This document shows, in pieces, positions 36,560-46,723 of a stretch of 64,000 bases of DNA; position 1 is the first letter of the stretch; every line of letters begins with the position of its first letter. Position numbers and translations under genes: made by a program. Origin of the DNA: an uncultured Gemmatimonadales bacterium (lineage in GTDB: Bacteria; Gemmatimonadota; Gemmatimonadetes; Gemmatimonadales; GWC2-71-9); assembly GCA_963815325.1 (NCBI GenBank), contig CAWFGG010000010.1:213631-277630 (forward strand), in the 5' to 3' direction. Below the pieces are notes generated by a model. That model worked only from the letters and a program-made list of their open reading frames with translations. It was not told the DNA's origin and searched no databases.

Positions 36560-37225
36560 ATGACTGAGCCGGCGATTCAAATCGTCTCGATCCAGATCGG
36601 CCAACCCCAAGCGCTCGGTGTGCCGAACGCGGAGGATCCGCTCGATCGTCCCTGGACAAGTGCCATCAACAAGTCTCCGGTAGAGGGGAAAATCTGGCTG
36701 GGAACCGAAGGGCTCGACGGGGACGGGCAGGCAGACCGTCGGCATCATGGAGGGCCCGAACGCGCCCTCTTGGCGTATGCCGCTTCCCATTACCCGAATT
36801 GGGAGCGGGAACTCGGGGTGGCGGTGCTTGCTCCGGGGGCCTTTGGAGAGAATCTGACGATCGCGGGGCCGACCGAGGATACAGTGTGCATCGGCGATCG
36901 CCTGGCCATTGGTGATGTAATCATCGAGGTGGCCCAGCCCCGGCAGCCCTGTCAGAACCTGGCCCGGAAGCTCCGCGTGGCCGACATGGTCAGGCGCGTC
37001 GAATCATCTGGCCGCGGGGGCTGGTATCTCCGAGTGATCCGCGAGGGTTGGCTCGAAGCAGGCATGATGGCCGAGCTCACCGGCCGGCCCTATCCCGAGT
37101 GGACGGTCCGCGAGGCCGCCCGGGTCTACCAGGCGCGGCGGAACGACCCCACCTCCGCCGCGAGGCTGGCGGAGTGCCCGGCTCTCTCCGGCGAGTGGCG
37201 GGAGCGGCTGGCTCTCGGCGGGTAG
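36560..37225 (+). CDS. MOSC domain protein (YiiM-like)
   Basis: SAINK, GLDGDGQAD..HHGG..RA, FGENLT, QPRQPC, GWYLRVIREG. Confidence 0.92.
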   Translation: MTEPAIQIVSIQIGQPQALGVPNAEDPLDRPWTSAINKSPVEGKIWLGTEGLDGDGQADRRHHGGPERALLAYAASHYPNWERELGVAVLAPGAFGENLTIAGPTEDTVCIGDRLAIGDVIIEVAQPRQPCQNLARKLRVADMVRRVESSGRGGWYLRVIREGWLEAGMMAELTGRPYPEWTVREAARVYQARRNDPTSAARLAECPALSGEWRERLALGG

Positions 37226-37275
37226 CCGCCGGGGCGTTCGCCCTGGCGGCAAAGGCGGTGCCTGGACTCCCCAGT

Positions 37276-38373
37276 TCAGACGTTGAATCGAAACAGAATG
37301 ATGTCACCATCCGCTACCACGTAGTCCCTGCCCTCGGCGCGGATCAGGCCCTGATCCCGTGCCTGCTTCCATCCGCCGGCTCGAACGAAATCGTCATACG
37401 ACACCGTCTCTGCCCGAATAAACCCGCGCTGGAAGTCGGTGTGGATCTCGCCAGCAGCCTCGTAGGCCGTCTCACCTCGGTGGATGGTCCAGGCCCGTAC
37501 TTGTTTCTCGCCCGTGGTGAAGAAGCTGAGAAGCCCGAGCAAGTGATAGGCGGCGTGCGTGAGTCGGTCCAGTCCCGTTTCCGCAACACCGAGTCCGTCG
37601 AGGTACTCCTGCTGTTCCTCCTCGGAGAGGCTCAGCAGGTCGGCCTCCATCTGCGCGGAAAACGTGACGACCTCTGCCGGCTCATGGGACAGCGCGATGG
37701 CCGCCTCGAGTTTGCGGACCGCTGGATTTCCGGTGGCGATATCGTCCTCCGCCACGTTTGCGGCGTACAACTCCGGCTTGGTGGTGAGCAGGTTGAGGGA
37801 TTGGAACGCCGGGCGCTCATCATCGCTGGGCGTGTAGGCCCGTGCCGGTTTGCCCTCGGCCAAGAGCGCCTGGACGCCCTCCAGCATGGCGACTTCGAGT
37901 TTCGCCTGTTCGTCGCCCGAACGCGCGGACCGGGTGGTCCGCTCCAGTCGCTTCTCCACCGTGGCCAGATCAGCCAGACCCAGTTCAACCAGCACGATGT
38001 CACGGTCTCGTACCGGATCGATTGTGGCCATGACATGTTGGACGTTGTCGGTCTCGAAGCATCGCACCACGTTGACGATCGCGTCGACTTCTCGAATGTG
38101 GCCGAGGAACTTGTTGCCGAGACCCTCGCCTTCGCTGGCACCCTTGACCAGGCCCGCGATGTCCACGAACTCGATGGTCGCCGGGACGGTTTCCTTGGGC
38201 TGGACGATGGTCGTGAGGACATCCAGCCGTGGATCGTGCACGGGGACGATGCCCGTGTTGGGCTCGATCGTGGCGAAGGGGTAATTCGCCACCAGGGCGC
38301 CGGCCGACGTGAGGGCGTTGAAGAGGGTGGACTTCCCCACGTTGGGGAGTCCGATGATGCCGAGGCGGAGCAT
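37276..38373 (-). CDS. ychF: Redox-regulated ATPase YchF
   Basis: GLPNVGKSTLFNALT, ANYPFATIEPN, DIAGLVKGASEGEGLGNKFL, terminal FRFNV. Confidence 0.97.
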   Translation of the reverse strand: MLRLGIIGLPNVGKSTLFNALTSAGALVANYPFATIEPNTGIVPVHDPRLDVLTTIVQPKETVPATIEFVDIAGLVKGASEGEGLGNKFLGHIREVDAIVNVVRCFETDNVQHVMATIDPVRDRDIVLVELGLADLATVEKRLERTTRSARSGDEQAKLEVAMLEGVQALLAEGKPARAYTPSDDERPAFQSLNLLTTKPELYAANVAEDDIATGNPAVRKLEAAIALSHEPAEVVTFSAQMEADLLSLSEEEQQEYLDGLGVAETGLDRLTHAAYHLLGLLSFFTTGEKQVRAWTIHRGETAYEAAGEIHTDFQRGFIRAETVSYDDFVRAGGWKQARDQGLIRAEGRDYVVADGDIILFRFNV

Positions 38374-38381
38374 GGGAGAAC

Positions 38382-38446
38382 GCTATCGGCTAACAGCTGT
38401 CGACTAACGGTGTGGAGCCGTTAGCCGTTAGCCGATAGCTGTTAGT
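38382..38446. repeat. Inverted array of heptamer repeats (AGCCGTT/AGCCGAT type)
   Basis: GCTATCG GCTAACA GCTGTCG ACTAACG ... AGCCGTT AGCCGTT AGCCGAT AGCTGTT; 13-bp perfect IR 38382-38394 / 38427-38439. Confidence 0.8.
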
Positions 38447-38469
38447 CCAAATCCGACATCTGCATGCGC

Positions 38470-40534
38470 CTACAAACTCGCAAACCATGGCGCCAGCACG
38501 AGCGATACCACCGACATGAGCTTGATGAGGATGTTCATGGACGGTCCGGAGGTGTCCTTGAACGGGTCGCCCACGGTATCACCGACGACGGCGGCCTTGT
38601 GCGGATCGGATCCCTTGCCGCCGTGTTCGCCGCTCTCGATGTATTTCTTGGCGTTGTCCCACGCGCCACCAGCGTTGGCCATGAACAGGGCCAGGAGCAC
38701 ACCGGCGAGCGTGGCACCGCCGAGCAGACCACCCAACGCTTGAACACCGAGGAAATAGCCGACCACGACCGGTGCGACGACCGCCGTCACGCCCGGCAGA
38801 ATCATCTCGCGCAGCGCGGCGCGGGTCGAGATGTCGACGCACCGCGCGCTATCGGGTTTTCCGGTGCCTTCCATGAGGCCGGGGATCTCACGGAACTGCC
38901 GTCGCACCTCTTCGACCATCCCTGCTGCGGCGCGTCCGACGGCGGTCATCGTCATGGCGCCGATGGCGAACGGCAGCGTGCCGCCGATGAAGAGACCGAT
39001 CACGACTACGGGATTCACCAGGTCGAGCGACAACACCTCGCCGGGCGGACTCACCGCGGTTGCGAACGCGGAGAACAAGGCCAAGCGCGGTCAGCGCGGC
39101 GGACCCGATGGCGAAGCCCTTGCCCATCGCGGCCGTGGTATTCCCGAGGGCGTCGAGGCTGTCGGTGATCTTCCGGACTTCAGGACCGAGATGGCTCATC
39201 TCCGAGATGCCGCCGGCGTTATCCGCCACCGGGCCGTAGGCGTCGACGCTCATGGTGACGCCGACGGTGGCGAGCATCCCGACCGCCGCGATGGCAATGC
39301 CGTAGAGATCGGCCGACTGATAGGAGACGAAGATGGCCCCACAGATGAGCAGCATGGGAATCACCGCAGACTTGAGCCCCACCGCGAGGCCCGCAATGAT
39401 GTTGGTCGCCGGGCCGGTGAGCGATGCTTCCGCGATATCGCGAATGGGTTTGGCGGCCGTGTAGTACTCGGTCGAGAGGCCGATCAAGATGCCCGCGACC
39501 GTGCCGGCGACCACCGCGTAGAAGGCCCCGATAACAGGTTTGCCGGTCATGCCAAGGGGGAGCAGGGTAGTCAACCAGTAGGCCGCCAGCATGAACAGAC
39601 CCGCGGCGATGAACGTCGTGAGCCTGAGCGCGCTGGCCGGTGAGCCGCGCTCCAGCAGCTTCATCGAGGCGATGCCGACGAGGGAGGCGGCCAGGCCCGC
39701 GAGGATCATCGTGATGGGCAGTGCCACCGCATTGGCCCGGTACTCGAGCGGGATCACGGGGCTCGTCGCGGCCAGGGCGACCGTTGCGATGACCGCGCCC
39801 ACGTAGCTCTCGAAGATGTCGGCACCCATACCGGCCACGTCACCGACATTGTCACCCACGTTGTCAGCGATGGTGGCGGGATTCCGCGGGTCGTCTTCGG
39901 GAATTCCCGCTTCCACCTTGCCGACCAAGTCGGCGCCGACGTCGGCGGCCTTGGTATAGATGCCGCCTCCGACGCGGGCGAACAGCGCGATCGACGAGGC
40001 ACCCATAGCGAATCCGCTGATGATCTCGCTGAAGTTCTTGAACATCTCGGCACTCACGATGGCCTCGTCGAGCACGAGGAAGGCCACGGTCCCGATTCCC
40101 AGCAGGCCGAGCGAGGCCACGGCCAGGCCCATGACGGCACCGCCGTTGAAGGCGATCCGCAACGCCTTGGCCTGTCCGCTGTCTCGGGCGGCTTCCGACG
40201 TGCGCACGTTGGCCTTGGTGGCCGCCTTCATGCCGAAGAAGCCGGCGCCGATGGAACACAAGCCGCCGAACACGTACGCCATGGCGGTGTTTCGCCCGAC
40301 CGCGAGGCCAAGCAGCACCGCGACGATCAGGATGAAGGGGAACAGCACCATGTACTCGCGTCTGAGGAACGCCATGGCCCCGGTCTCAATCGACAGGGCG
40401 AGATCCTGCATGATCTCGGAACCAGCGGGCTGCCGTTTGATGTAGCCATAGATCAGCAGCGCGATGACGAGGCCCAGCAGGCCACCTCCGGCGGCATACA
40501 CGGCGTATTGCACGAGTTGAGCGAGGTCGATCAC
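38470..40534 (-). CDS. hppA: Membrane pyrophosphatase, K+-dependent type (extra base near 39083 splits the ORF)
   Basis: [59 protein letters not shown]; the two ORFs join at ALTAL|ALFSAF. Confidence 0.93.
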
Positions 40535-40544
40535 AACTCCTCCG

Positions 40545-41108
40545 TCAGCGATTGAACGTGTTCATGGCTTCTTCCATACCATGGGCCAGCCACAGGTCCA
40601 CGGCGTCAGCCATCGGATCGAGCAGACCTTTGAGCGTCTCTTCCTCATCCGGCAGGAACGGGCTGAGCACGAAATCGGCGAGGTCGTCGACCTCATCGGC
40701 CGGCCCGACGCCAATACGCAAGCGCCCGTAATCCTGCCGGAGCAGGGCGCCTTCGATGCTCTTCAGCCCGTTATGACCTCCGGCGCTGCCTTGGCCGCGC
40801 AGCCGGAACCGTCCGATCGGCAAGGCGACGTCATCCACCAGGACCAGCAGCTCGCGGCTCGGTTCGAAGGCCGGATGCGCGCGGAGCGGGGCCAGGACCG
40901 CCCCGCTCCGGTTCATGTACATCAGGGGTTTGATCAGACGGCATTCATGCCCGTGACGCTGCGCAATACCCTGGCGTGCTCCTCCTACTCGCTTGAGGGA
41001 CCCCACACCCCACTCCTCGACCAAGTGGTCGAGGAGGCGCCAGCCGGCGTTGTGCCGGGTTCGGGCGTATTCCGGCCCGGGGTTGCCGAGCCCCACAATG
41101 ATACGCAG
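40545..41108 (-). CDS. pth: Peptidyl-tRNA hydrolase (probable CTG start)
   Basis: [46 protein letters not shown]. Confidence 0.95.
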   Translation of the reverse strand: MRIIVGLGNPGPEYARTRHNAGWRLLDHLVEEWGVGSLKRVGGARQGIAQRHGHECRLIKPLMYMNRSGAVLAPLRAHPAFEPSRELLVLVDDVALPIGRFRLRGQGSAGGHNGLKSIEGALLRQDYGRLRIGVGPADEVDDLADFVLSPFLPDEEETLKGLLDPMADAVDLWLAHGMEEAMNTFNR

Positions 41109-41117
41109 CGGTCAGCT

Positions 41118-41804
41118 CTACGGCTCTTCTGTCTCTTCCTCGGCCTTTGGCTTCCGAATCAGTTCGGGCTCGGGCGCCGCCTCACCTTCAGCCACGACTT
41201 CGACACCCTCGGCGGCTTCGACGGCCACGGTCTCCTCGATGGCCCTCGGCGCAACCACTGAGCAGACCGCGATGTCCGGATCGTTCATGATCTCGACGTC
41301 GGGCAGCTGGATGTCGCGCACGTAGAGGGCGTCACCGATGGTCAACGCCGTTACATCGAGATCAACCGATTGCGGGATGTCGCGCGGCAGGACCTTGATG
41401 TCCAGCTCCCGGAGCGCTTGATCGAGTACGCCGCCCTCGTTCCGGACGCCCTCCGCCGTTCCCACCAGGTGGATCGGCACGGACAGTTCGATCTTCTCGC
41501 CAGCGTGGACCTCATAGAGGTCGATGTGGAGGATATGATCGGGCCGCAGCGGATTGCGCTGGAGTTCCCGGATCAACGCCTGCACCGGCTCGCCGCTGTC
41601 GATGGACACCTCGAACAGGGTGCTCGAGGAGCCGCCGCGGGCCAACAGGCGCTGGAGCGCCACGGCCTCGATCGTGATCGGCAGGGACTCCCGTCCGCGG
41701 CCATAGATGACGCCCGGCAAGTGGCCGAGGCGTCGGAGCGATCGCGCCGCTCCCTTGCCACTGGTCGTCCGGCGGGCTACGTCGAGTTGTGCGTTCTGCG
41801 GCAT
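41118..41804 (-). CDS. rplY: 50S ribosomal protein L25/Ctc (long form)
   Basis: GKGAARSLRR.G.LPGVIYG, ILHIDLY, VPIHLVG.A.GV..EGG, acidic tail. Confidence 0.95.
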   Translation of the reverse strand: MPQNAQLDVARRTTSGKGAARSLRRLGHLPGVIYGRGRESLPITIEAVALQRLLARGGSSSTLFEVSIDSGEPVQALIRELQRNPLRPDHILHIDLYEVHAGEKIELSVPIHLVGTAEGVRNEGGVLDQALRELDIKVLPRDIPQSVDLDVTALTIGDALYVRDIQLPDVEIMNDPDIAVCSVVAPRAIEETVAVEAAEGVEVVAEGEAAPEPELIRKPKAEEETEEP

Positions 41805-41820
41805 GATTCAGTCCTTCGTT

Positions 41821-42774
41821 TCAGTCGAAGAGCGAACTCACCGACTGATCGCTGTGGGTATAGCCAATCGCCTTGGCGAGGAGCCGCGCGATCGACAGCA
41901 CCGTGAGCCGATCGAACCTCCGCTCGGCCGGCAGCTGGATCGTATTGCTCACCGCCACTTCCTTCACCGGGGACGCCGCGAGCCGGTCGATTGCCGGTCC
42001 GGACAACAACGCGTGCGTTCCGCAGCAGTAGATGTCGCGGGCCCCCAGCCGCTTCAGCGCATGGACGGCCTCGGTCATCGTCCCGCCGGTATCAATCATG
42101 TCGTCGGGAATCAGGCAGTCCCGTCCCTCGACATTGCCCACCACATTCACGACTTCCGCAATGTTGGCCGAGGGCCGGCGCTTGTCGATGATCGCGATCG
42201 ACGCGTTCAACCGGTTCGCGAACCCTCGGGCCATCTTGGCCCCGCCGACATCGGCCGCCACCACCACCAGGTTCTTCAGCGCCTTCTGGCGGTAGTGGCT
42301 GGTGAAGACCGGTGCCGCGTAAAGGTGGTCGACCGGAAGGTCGAAGAACCCCTGCAGCTGGTGCTGGTGAAAATCCATGGCCAGCACCCGGTCGGCCCCT
42401 GCCCGAGTGATCATGTTGGCCATGAGCTTCGCGCTGATGGCCACGCGGGGCTGATCCTTCCGATCCTGCCGGGCGTACCCAAAGTACGGGATGACCGCCG
42501 TGATCCGTGCCGCGCTGGCCCGCCGGGCCGCGTCAATCAGGAGCAGCAGCTCCATCATGTTCTCGGCCGGCGGATTGGTGGGCTGGATGATGAAGACATC
42601 CTTCCCACGCACATTCTCGTCGATCTTGACGAAGATCTCGCCGTCCGAAAAGCGCTTGATGGTGAGCCGGCACAGCGACTCACCCAAGTGACTTGCCACC
42701 TCCTCAGCGAGGGGACGGTTGGCCGTTCCGCTCATGAGAAGCATGCGGCTCTGGGACAGCGAGATGTCCGCCAT
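41821..42774 (-). CDS. prs: Ribose-phosphate pyrophosphokinase
   Basis: FSDGEIFV, PYFGYARQDRK, DKRR, DDMIDTGGT, SVSSLF. Confidence 0.97.
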   Translation of the reverse strand: MADISLSQSRMLLMSGTANRPLAEEVASHLGESLCRLTIKRFSDGEIFVKIDENVRGKDVFIIQPTNPPAENMMELLLLIDAARRASAARITAVIPYFGYARQDRKDQPRVAISAKLMANMITRAGADRVLAMDFHQHQLQGFFDLPVDHLYAAPVFTSHYRQKALKNLVVVAADVGGAKMARGFANRLNASIAIIDKRRPSANIAEVVNVVGNVEGRDCLIPDDMIDTGGTMTEAVHALKRLGARDIYCCGTHALLSGPAIDRLAASPVKEVAVSNTIQLPAERRFDRLTVLSIARLLAKAIGYTHSDQSVSSLFD

Positions 42775-42852
42775 GAGATAGCCTAGAAAGCTAGCGACCC
42801 GTTGCGTCGAGCGTCAACCGCCGCGACCGGCCAAAGCCCGGGGCGGTCGACA

Positions 42853-42923
42853 TTGGCCCTGGTGGATTCGAACCACCATTCTCAGATCCAAAATCTGATG
42901 TCCTGCCATTGGACGAAGGGCCA
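42853..42923 (-). tRNA. tRNA-Gln (TTG); CCA not encoded
   Basis: TGGCCCT acceptor pairs with AGGGCCA; anticodon arm TCAGA-TTTTGGA-TCTGA; T arm GGTGG-TTCGAAT-CCACC; usual ispE-tRNA-prs position. Confidence 0.96.
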
Positions 42924-42938
42924 GCGAAAACCGTGTAG

Positions 42939-42967
42939 AACGTAACCCATCCCGCTGGCGGGGTAAA
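42939..42967 (-). promoter_or_regulatory. Putative sigma70 promoter for tRNA-Gln/prs
   Basis: Minus strand TTTACC-N17-TACGTT just upstream of the tRNA. Confidence 0.4.
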
Positions 42968-43001
42968 CGGTCCCGGCCGTCCCCGGCCCGCCGGGGCAGG
43001 A

Positions 43002-43907
43002 TCACTCATTCGGCAGCGGTTCGGGGCCCAAGGGCGGCGCGGACAGGGTCCAGACGGGGGTCACGGCGCCGTGCCGCCGACCCAGCACCGAGCGGGCGTC
43101 ATCGCGGTCCCGCTCGTTTCGGAACAGACCGAAAATCGTGGCCCCCGAGCCGCTGAGACGGCACGTCAGGGGCCGAGTTTCCGCCAGCGCCCGGAACGCG
43201 TCACCGAGCTCCGGCCGGCGCCCGAACACCGCCGATTCGAAGTCGTTACCCGCCATGCGGGCCACATCGCCCCAGGTCGAGAGCGCATCCAGCGTCAGGG
43301 CGACGGCGCCCCGCCGTGCTGTGTCGGCGCGGACCTCGTCCACCCAGCCGTAGGCGTCTTTGGTCCGGATGCCGGTTGGGGACGACACGAGGAGCCCGGG
43401 ACAGGCCGGGAGCGGGGGCAGGGACAACAGCCGCTCGCCCCGGCCCCAGCCGATGGCCAGCGGGGTGCGGGTCAGGAAGAAGGGGACATCGCTCCCGAGC
43501 CGGGCGGCGAATTGCAGGAGTTCATGCTGCGGCACGGCCCCGCCCGCCAGCGCATTGGCTGCCAGGAGCGCCGCGGCGGCATCACTCGACCCCCCGCCCA
43601 ACCCCGCGGCGACGGGAATGCGTTTGGTGAGGCGAAGCTCAATGCCAAATCGGTTGCCCGTGGCAGCCAGCACCATGTTGGCCGCGCGGGCGGCCAGGTT
43701 CTCGTTTGCCGGTCCGGTGTCGGGTCCTTCCTCTTCCAGGGCCACGGTGCCAGGGGCCCCGCCACGTGCCACCACGATCTCATCCGCCAGGTCGACCAGA
43801 CAGAGAAGCGTCTCGACCGCGTGGAAACCGTCGTGGTCCTTGGCCAGTACCCGAAGGAACAGATTGACCTTCGCGTGCGCGGCAATCCGGAAGGCGCGAG
43901 CGGTCAC
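43002..43907 (-). CDS. ispE: 4-diphosphocytidyl-2-C-methyl-D-erythritol kinase
   Basis: AHAKVNLFL, KRIPVAAGLGGGSSDAA, LGSDVPFF, GRGE, NDFE, LSGSG. Confidence 0.96.
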   Translation of the reverse strand: MTARAFRIAAHAKVNLFLRVLAKDHDGFHAVETLLCLVDLADEIVVARGGAPGTVALEEEGPDTGPANENLAARAANMVLAATGNRFGIELRLTKRIPVAAGLGGGSSDAAAALLAANALAGGAVPQHELLQFAARLGSDVPFFLTRTPLAIGWGRGERLLSLPPLPACPGLLVSSPTGIRTKDAYGWVDEVRADTARRGAVALTLDALSTWGDVARMAGNDFESAVFGRRPELGDAFRALAETRPLTCRLSGSGATIFGLFRNERDRDDARSVLGRRHGAVTPVWTLSAPPLGPEPLPNE

Positions 43908-44935
43908 TCGCTCGCTCGGGAGTCCTGGCGCAAGTGCCCCAGGCTCATGCCGGTCACCGCAAAGGACCAGAGACCGAGCACGGTGATGGGAATGAAGGTG
44001 GTGACGTGATACGTCAGGGCGAAGGACAGGGACTGATCGGGTGGGATGCCGTAGATGGAGAGCACCATCCGGATCACCGCCTCAAACGCGCCAACGAATC
44101 CCGGGGCCAGCGGGACCGCAATGCCAAAGACCAACACACCCTGTAGCAGCAGGGCTCCGGCAAAATTGACCGGCAGGTTGAAGACGGCGAATCCCACATA
44201 GAACGCAAGGCCGTTCAAGAGCCAAATCCCGACCGACCACGCGGCCACGCCAAGGAACCGACCCGGACTCCGCAGCGCGGACATGCCCTGGCGCAGGCCC
44301 TCGATGACCGAATTGATCCGGTCGGCCAGCCCCTTGGCGCGGATCAGGCGGTGCACCAGCCGTTCGGCGGCCAATGGAAAGGCCACCACCAGACCGGCCG
44401 CGACCAGGGCGAGTGCCGAGATGATGCCCGCTGCCATCGCCGCGCGGGTGATGGACACTCCCGAGATCATGACGTCCGCCGGCATGCCCGGAAGGAACAG
44501 CGCGACGGTCAGGAGAAACACCACCGCCAGGCTGTCGAAGACCCGTTCGACCGCGATGGACGAGAGCGCGGCGGTCAGTCGCGCCGAGGTCAGCCTGCTC
44601 GCAGCGTAGGTTCGGAGTAATTCGCCGGCGCGAAAGGGAAGCAGGTTGTTGGCGGCGAACCCGATGGCAACCGCGTGCCACAATGGCTTGTAGGGGTAGG
44701 GGCCACCGTCCGGACGGCGCAGCAACAGGCGCCAACGCAAGAGCCTTGCGGGAAAGGTCAGGGTGGCGAGTACGACGCAGCCGATGAGTGGGAGGATTCG
44801 CGCACCGCGCACGTTGGCGATGAACTGGTCCAAGTGCACGCCCTTGACCGCCCATGCCAAGAGCGCGAGCGAAATCACCACAGCCAGAGCCAGCCGCCAG
44901 ATCGGAGGCCTGGTCGGCGGTGGGACCTCAGTCAT
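43904..44935 (-). CDS. Lysylphosphatidylglycerol synthase TM-domain (UPF0104) flippase-like protein
   Basis: RW..LL, NNLLPFRAGELLR, ERVFD, PGFVGAFE; multi-TM. Confidence 0.88.
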   Translation of the reverse strand: MTEVPPPTRPPIWRLALAVVISLALLAWAVKGVHLDQFIANVRGARILPLIGCVVLATLTFPARLLRWRLLLRRPDGGPYPYKPLWHAVAIGFAANNLLPFRAGELLRTYAASRLTSARLTAALSSIAVERVFDSLAVVFLLTVALFLPGMPADVMISGVSITRAAMAAGIISALALVAAGLVVAFPLAAERLVHRLIRAKGLADRINSVIEGLRQGMSALRSPGRFLGVAAWSVGIWLLNGLAFYVGFAVFNLPVNFAGALLLQGVLVFGIAVPLAPGFVGAFEAVIRMVLSIYGIPPDQSLSFALTYHVTTFIPITVLGLWSFAVTGMSLGHLRQDSRASE

Positions 44936-44959
44936 GCGGCGCCGGTGGGGCCAGGCACG

Positions 44960-46627
44960 CTAGGACGCGACTCCACGCGCCAGCGGCACGAGGTCGAGCA
45001 ACTCCTCGACCAGGGGCTTGACCGATTCCCACGCGTCATTCTTGGCGAGAAGCCCTTGGATCTGATCCCGGACCAACGTGGCACGGTCGAGCGCTCCGGG
45101 TCCTGTGTAGAGCAGCGTCGCGATCGGAACGACCTCCTCGCCAACCGCGCTCGAGGAGGGGAGGGTGGTTGGCCGATCCAGGAAAGCCTCGAGAGACGGC
45201 TCGACCCTGGGGGTCTGTTGCATGAGCCGTGCGAAGGTCACGAAGCTCGTGGCCAAGTCGCTTCGCATGGCGGGCACATCGTCCGCCGGGCCCGGAACAT
45301 CCTCCTCCGTGTCCGGAGCAAGCGCCCTGATCGGCACGATCTCGCCGGGCGGTTCGGCGGGTGGTGTTGCGGGCTCGAGGGTGGCGAGACGCGAAGTCAG
45401 GGCCGCGAGCCGTTCGAGTTGCGCCGCATCCGGCACCCCCTCGTGATGGTCGCGGAGCAGGTGGCCGGCCTCGTCCAGCACCGCCGCAAAGGCATCCAAC
45501 GTGTCGCCCGCCCGCCCGCGGGCGATGTGGGACCGTGCGGCCGCACCAAAGTCCCGGAGGGCGCCGCCAAATGCCGCGCTCGGCGTCTGGCTCAAGGCGC
45601 GCAGCGAGCCGAACACGCTGAAGAGCCTGAGCTTCCGCTCGATGCTCGAGCCGGCAGTTCCGAGCTCGTGGGCGATTGCCAGGAGGTGGTCGGCGTGGCC
45701 GGTGACTTCCATGGCGCTCAGCGACTCGCCCCGCCCACTGGCACGGCCGGTGCCACGCTCCACCACGTAGGCCCCACCATCTTCCGGCGCCAGCGTGGCA
45801 ATTGGGACCACATCCTCCTCTGCCACGAATGCCCGGAGGAGCAGGTCGGCAAAGCGACGCCCCTCTTCGGACTCACGGGTCGTTCGCCCGGTGCCTGCGA
45901 CGTCGCGCGAAATGCGGGTCACCGCACGTGCGGCGGCGTCGAACACGTCGGCGATGCCGGGTGGTGGGGCGTAGGCCCGGTCGAGCTCGGTACACGCGAT
46001 CTCGATCCCATCCAGGATCTCAGGCAGGGGAGGCAGCTCGCCGAGTTCGGCCAGGCCGCGCAACGACTGCAGACGCCGAATCACCGTGTTGACCGGGTCT
46101 TTGGCCCTGGCCTGAACGCGAAGCGCATTGGCCGCACGGTCGAGCGCGCTGGCGATCAACGCCCCTTCACGAGCCACGAATGCCCGGACTCCGGTGCTCA
46201 TTGCGAGCGGACCGGCTTCTCGGCTTGCGTCGGGTTGAGGCGTGCTGAATGCCGCCGGTATCCCGCCGACCTCTTCCAGGGCTTGCCCCACGCGGTGCGC
46301 CCGGCTCCGGTCCTCCTCTGCCCAGTTGCCCGCGGCACGGACCAGGAGCTTGAGATCCTCGATCGCTTGCCCGGTCACCTCACGAACGGCTGGGCCCCAT
46401 TTGAGCGTTCCCTCGCGGTACTGCCGGGCGACCGATTCGAGGCCGGCGGCGGCGTGGGCAATGTCGCTTTGCTTCGCCATGAGGGCCGAGCCGCGCAGGG
46501 CCCGGCTGAACCGCATGAACTCGTCCGGGGCCGGCCCTTCGGGCTTGGCGATCTGGTTGCCCAGCCGCTCGAGATACTCCCCGGCTTCGAGGGCGAAGAA
46601 CTCCGCGGCGCCGAGGGAAGGTGTCAT
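44960..46627 (-). CDS. Hypothetical helical protein with degenerate Hpt-like domain(s)
   Basis: FFALEAGEYLERL...FMRFSRALRGSALMA resembles Hpt (F..EA.E.L...HTLKGSA.M) without the His; GAGG RBS. Confidence 0.7.
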   Translation of the reverse strand: MTPSLGAAEFFALEAGEYLERLGNQIAKPEGPAPDEFMRFSRALRGSALMAKQSDIAHAAAGLESVARQYREGTLKWGPAVREVTGQAIEDLKLLVRAAGNWAEEDRSRAHRVGQALEEVGGIPAAFSTPQPDASREAGPLAMSTGVRAFVAREGALIASALDRAANALRVQARAKDPVNTVIRRLQSLRGLAELGELPPLPEILDGIEIACTELDRAYAPPPGIADVFDAAARAVTRISRDVAGTGRTTRESEEGRRFADLLLRAFVAEEDVVPIATLAPEDGGAYVVERGTGRASGRGESLSAMEVTGHADHLLAIAHELGTAGSSIERKLRLFSVFGSLRALSQTPSAAFGGALRDFGAAARSHIARGRAGDTLDAFAAVLDEAGHLLRDHHEGVPDAAQLERLAALTSRLATLEPATPPAEPPGEIVPIRALAPDTEEDVPGPADDVPAMRSDLATSFVTFARLMQQTPRVEPSLEAFLDRPTTLPSSSAVGEEVVPIATLLYTGPGALDRATLVRDQIQGLLAKNDAWESVKPLVEELLDLVPLARGVAS

Positions 46628-46723
46628 GCGGCCTCGAGGGGGGTGACGGGGAACGGGTCCGATACGCTCATAAAGTACACCGTGCCACGCGTGGTGAGAA
46701 CGGCCCGGCGTTTCACCCGGCGG

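Noticed and set aside
37225-37250. GC hairpin between convergent MOSC and ychF genes
   Set aside because: No U-tract on either strand, so not called as an intrinsic terminator.
39070-39095. Programmed frameshift or pseudogene in hppA
   Set aside because: No slippery sequence, both halves fully conserved, and similar indels occur across the window; sequencing error is more likely.
42853-42923. tRNA-Gln as an integration site
   Set aside because: No integrase and no duplicated tRNA 3' end noticed; ispE-tRNA-prs order is intact.
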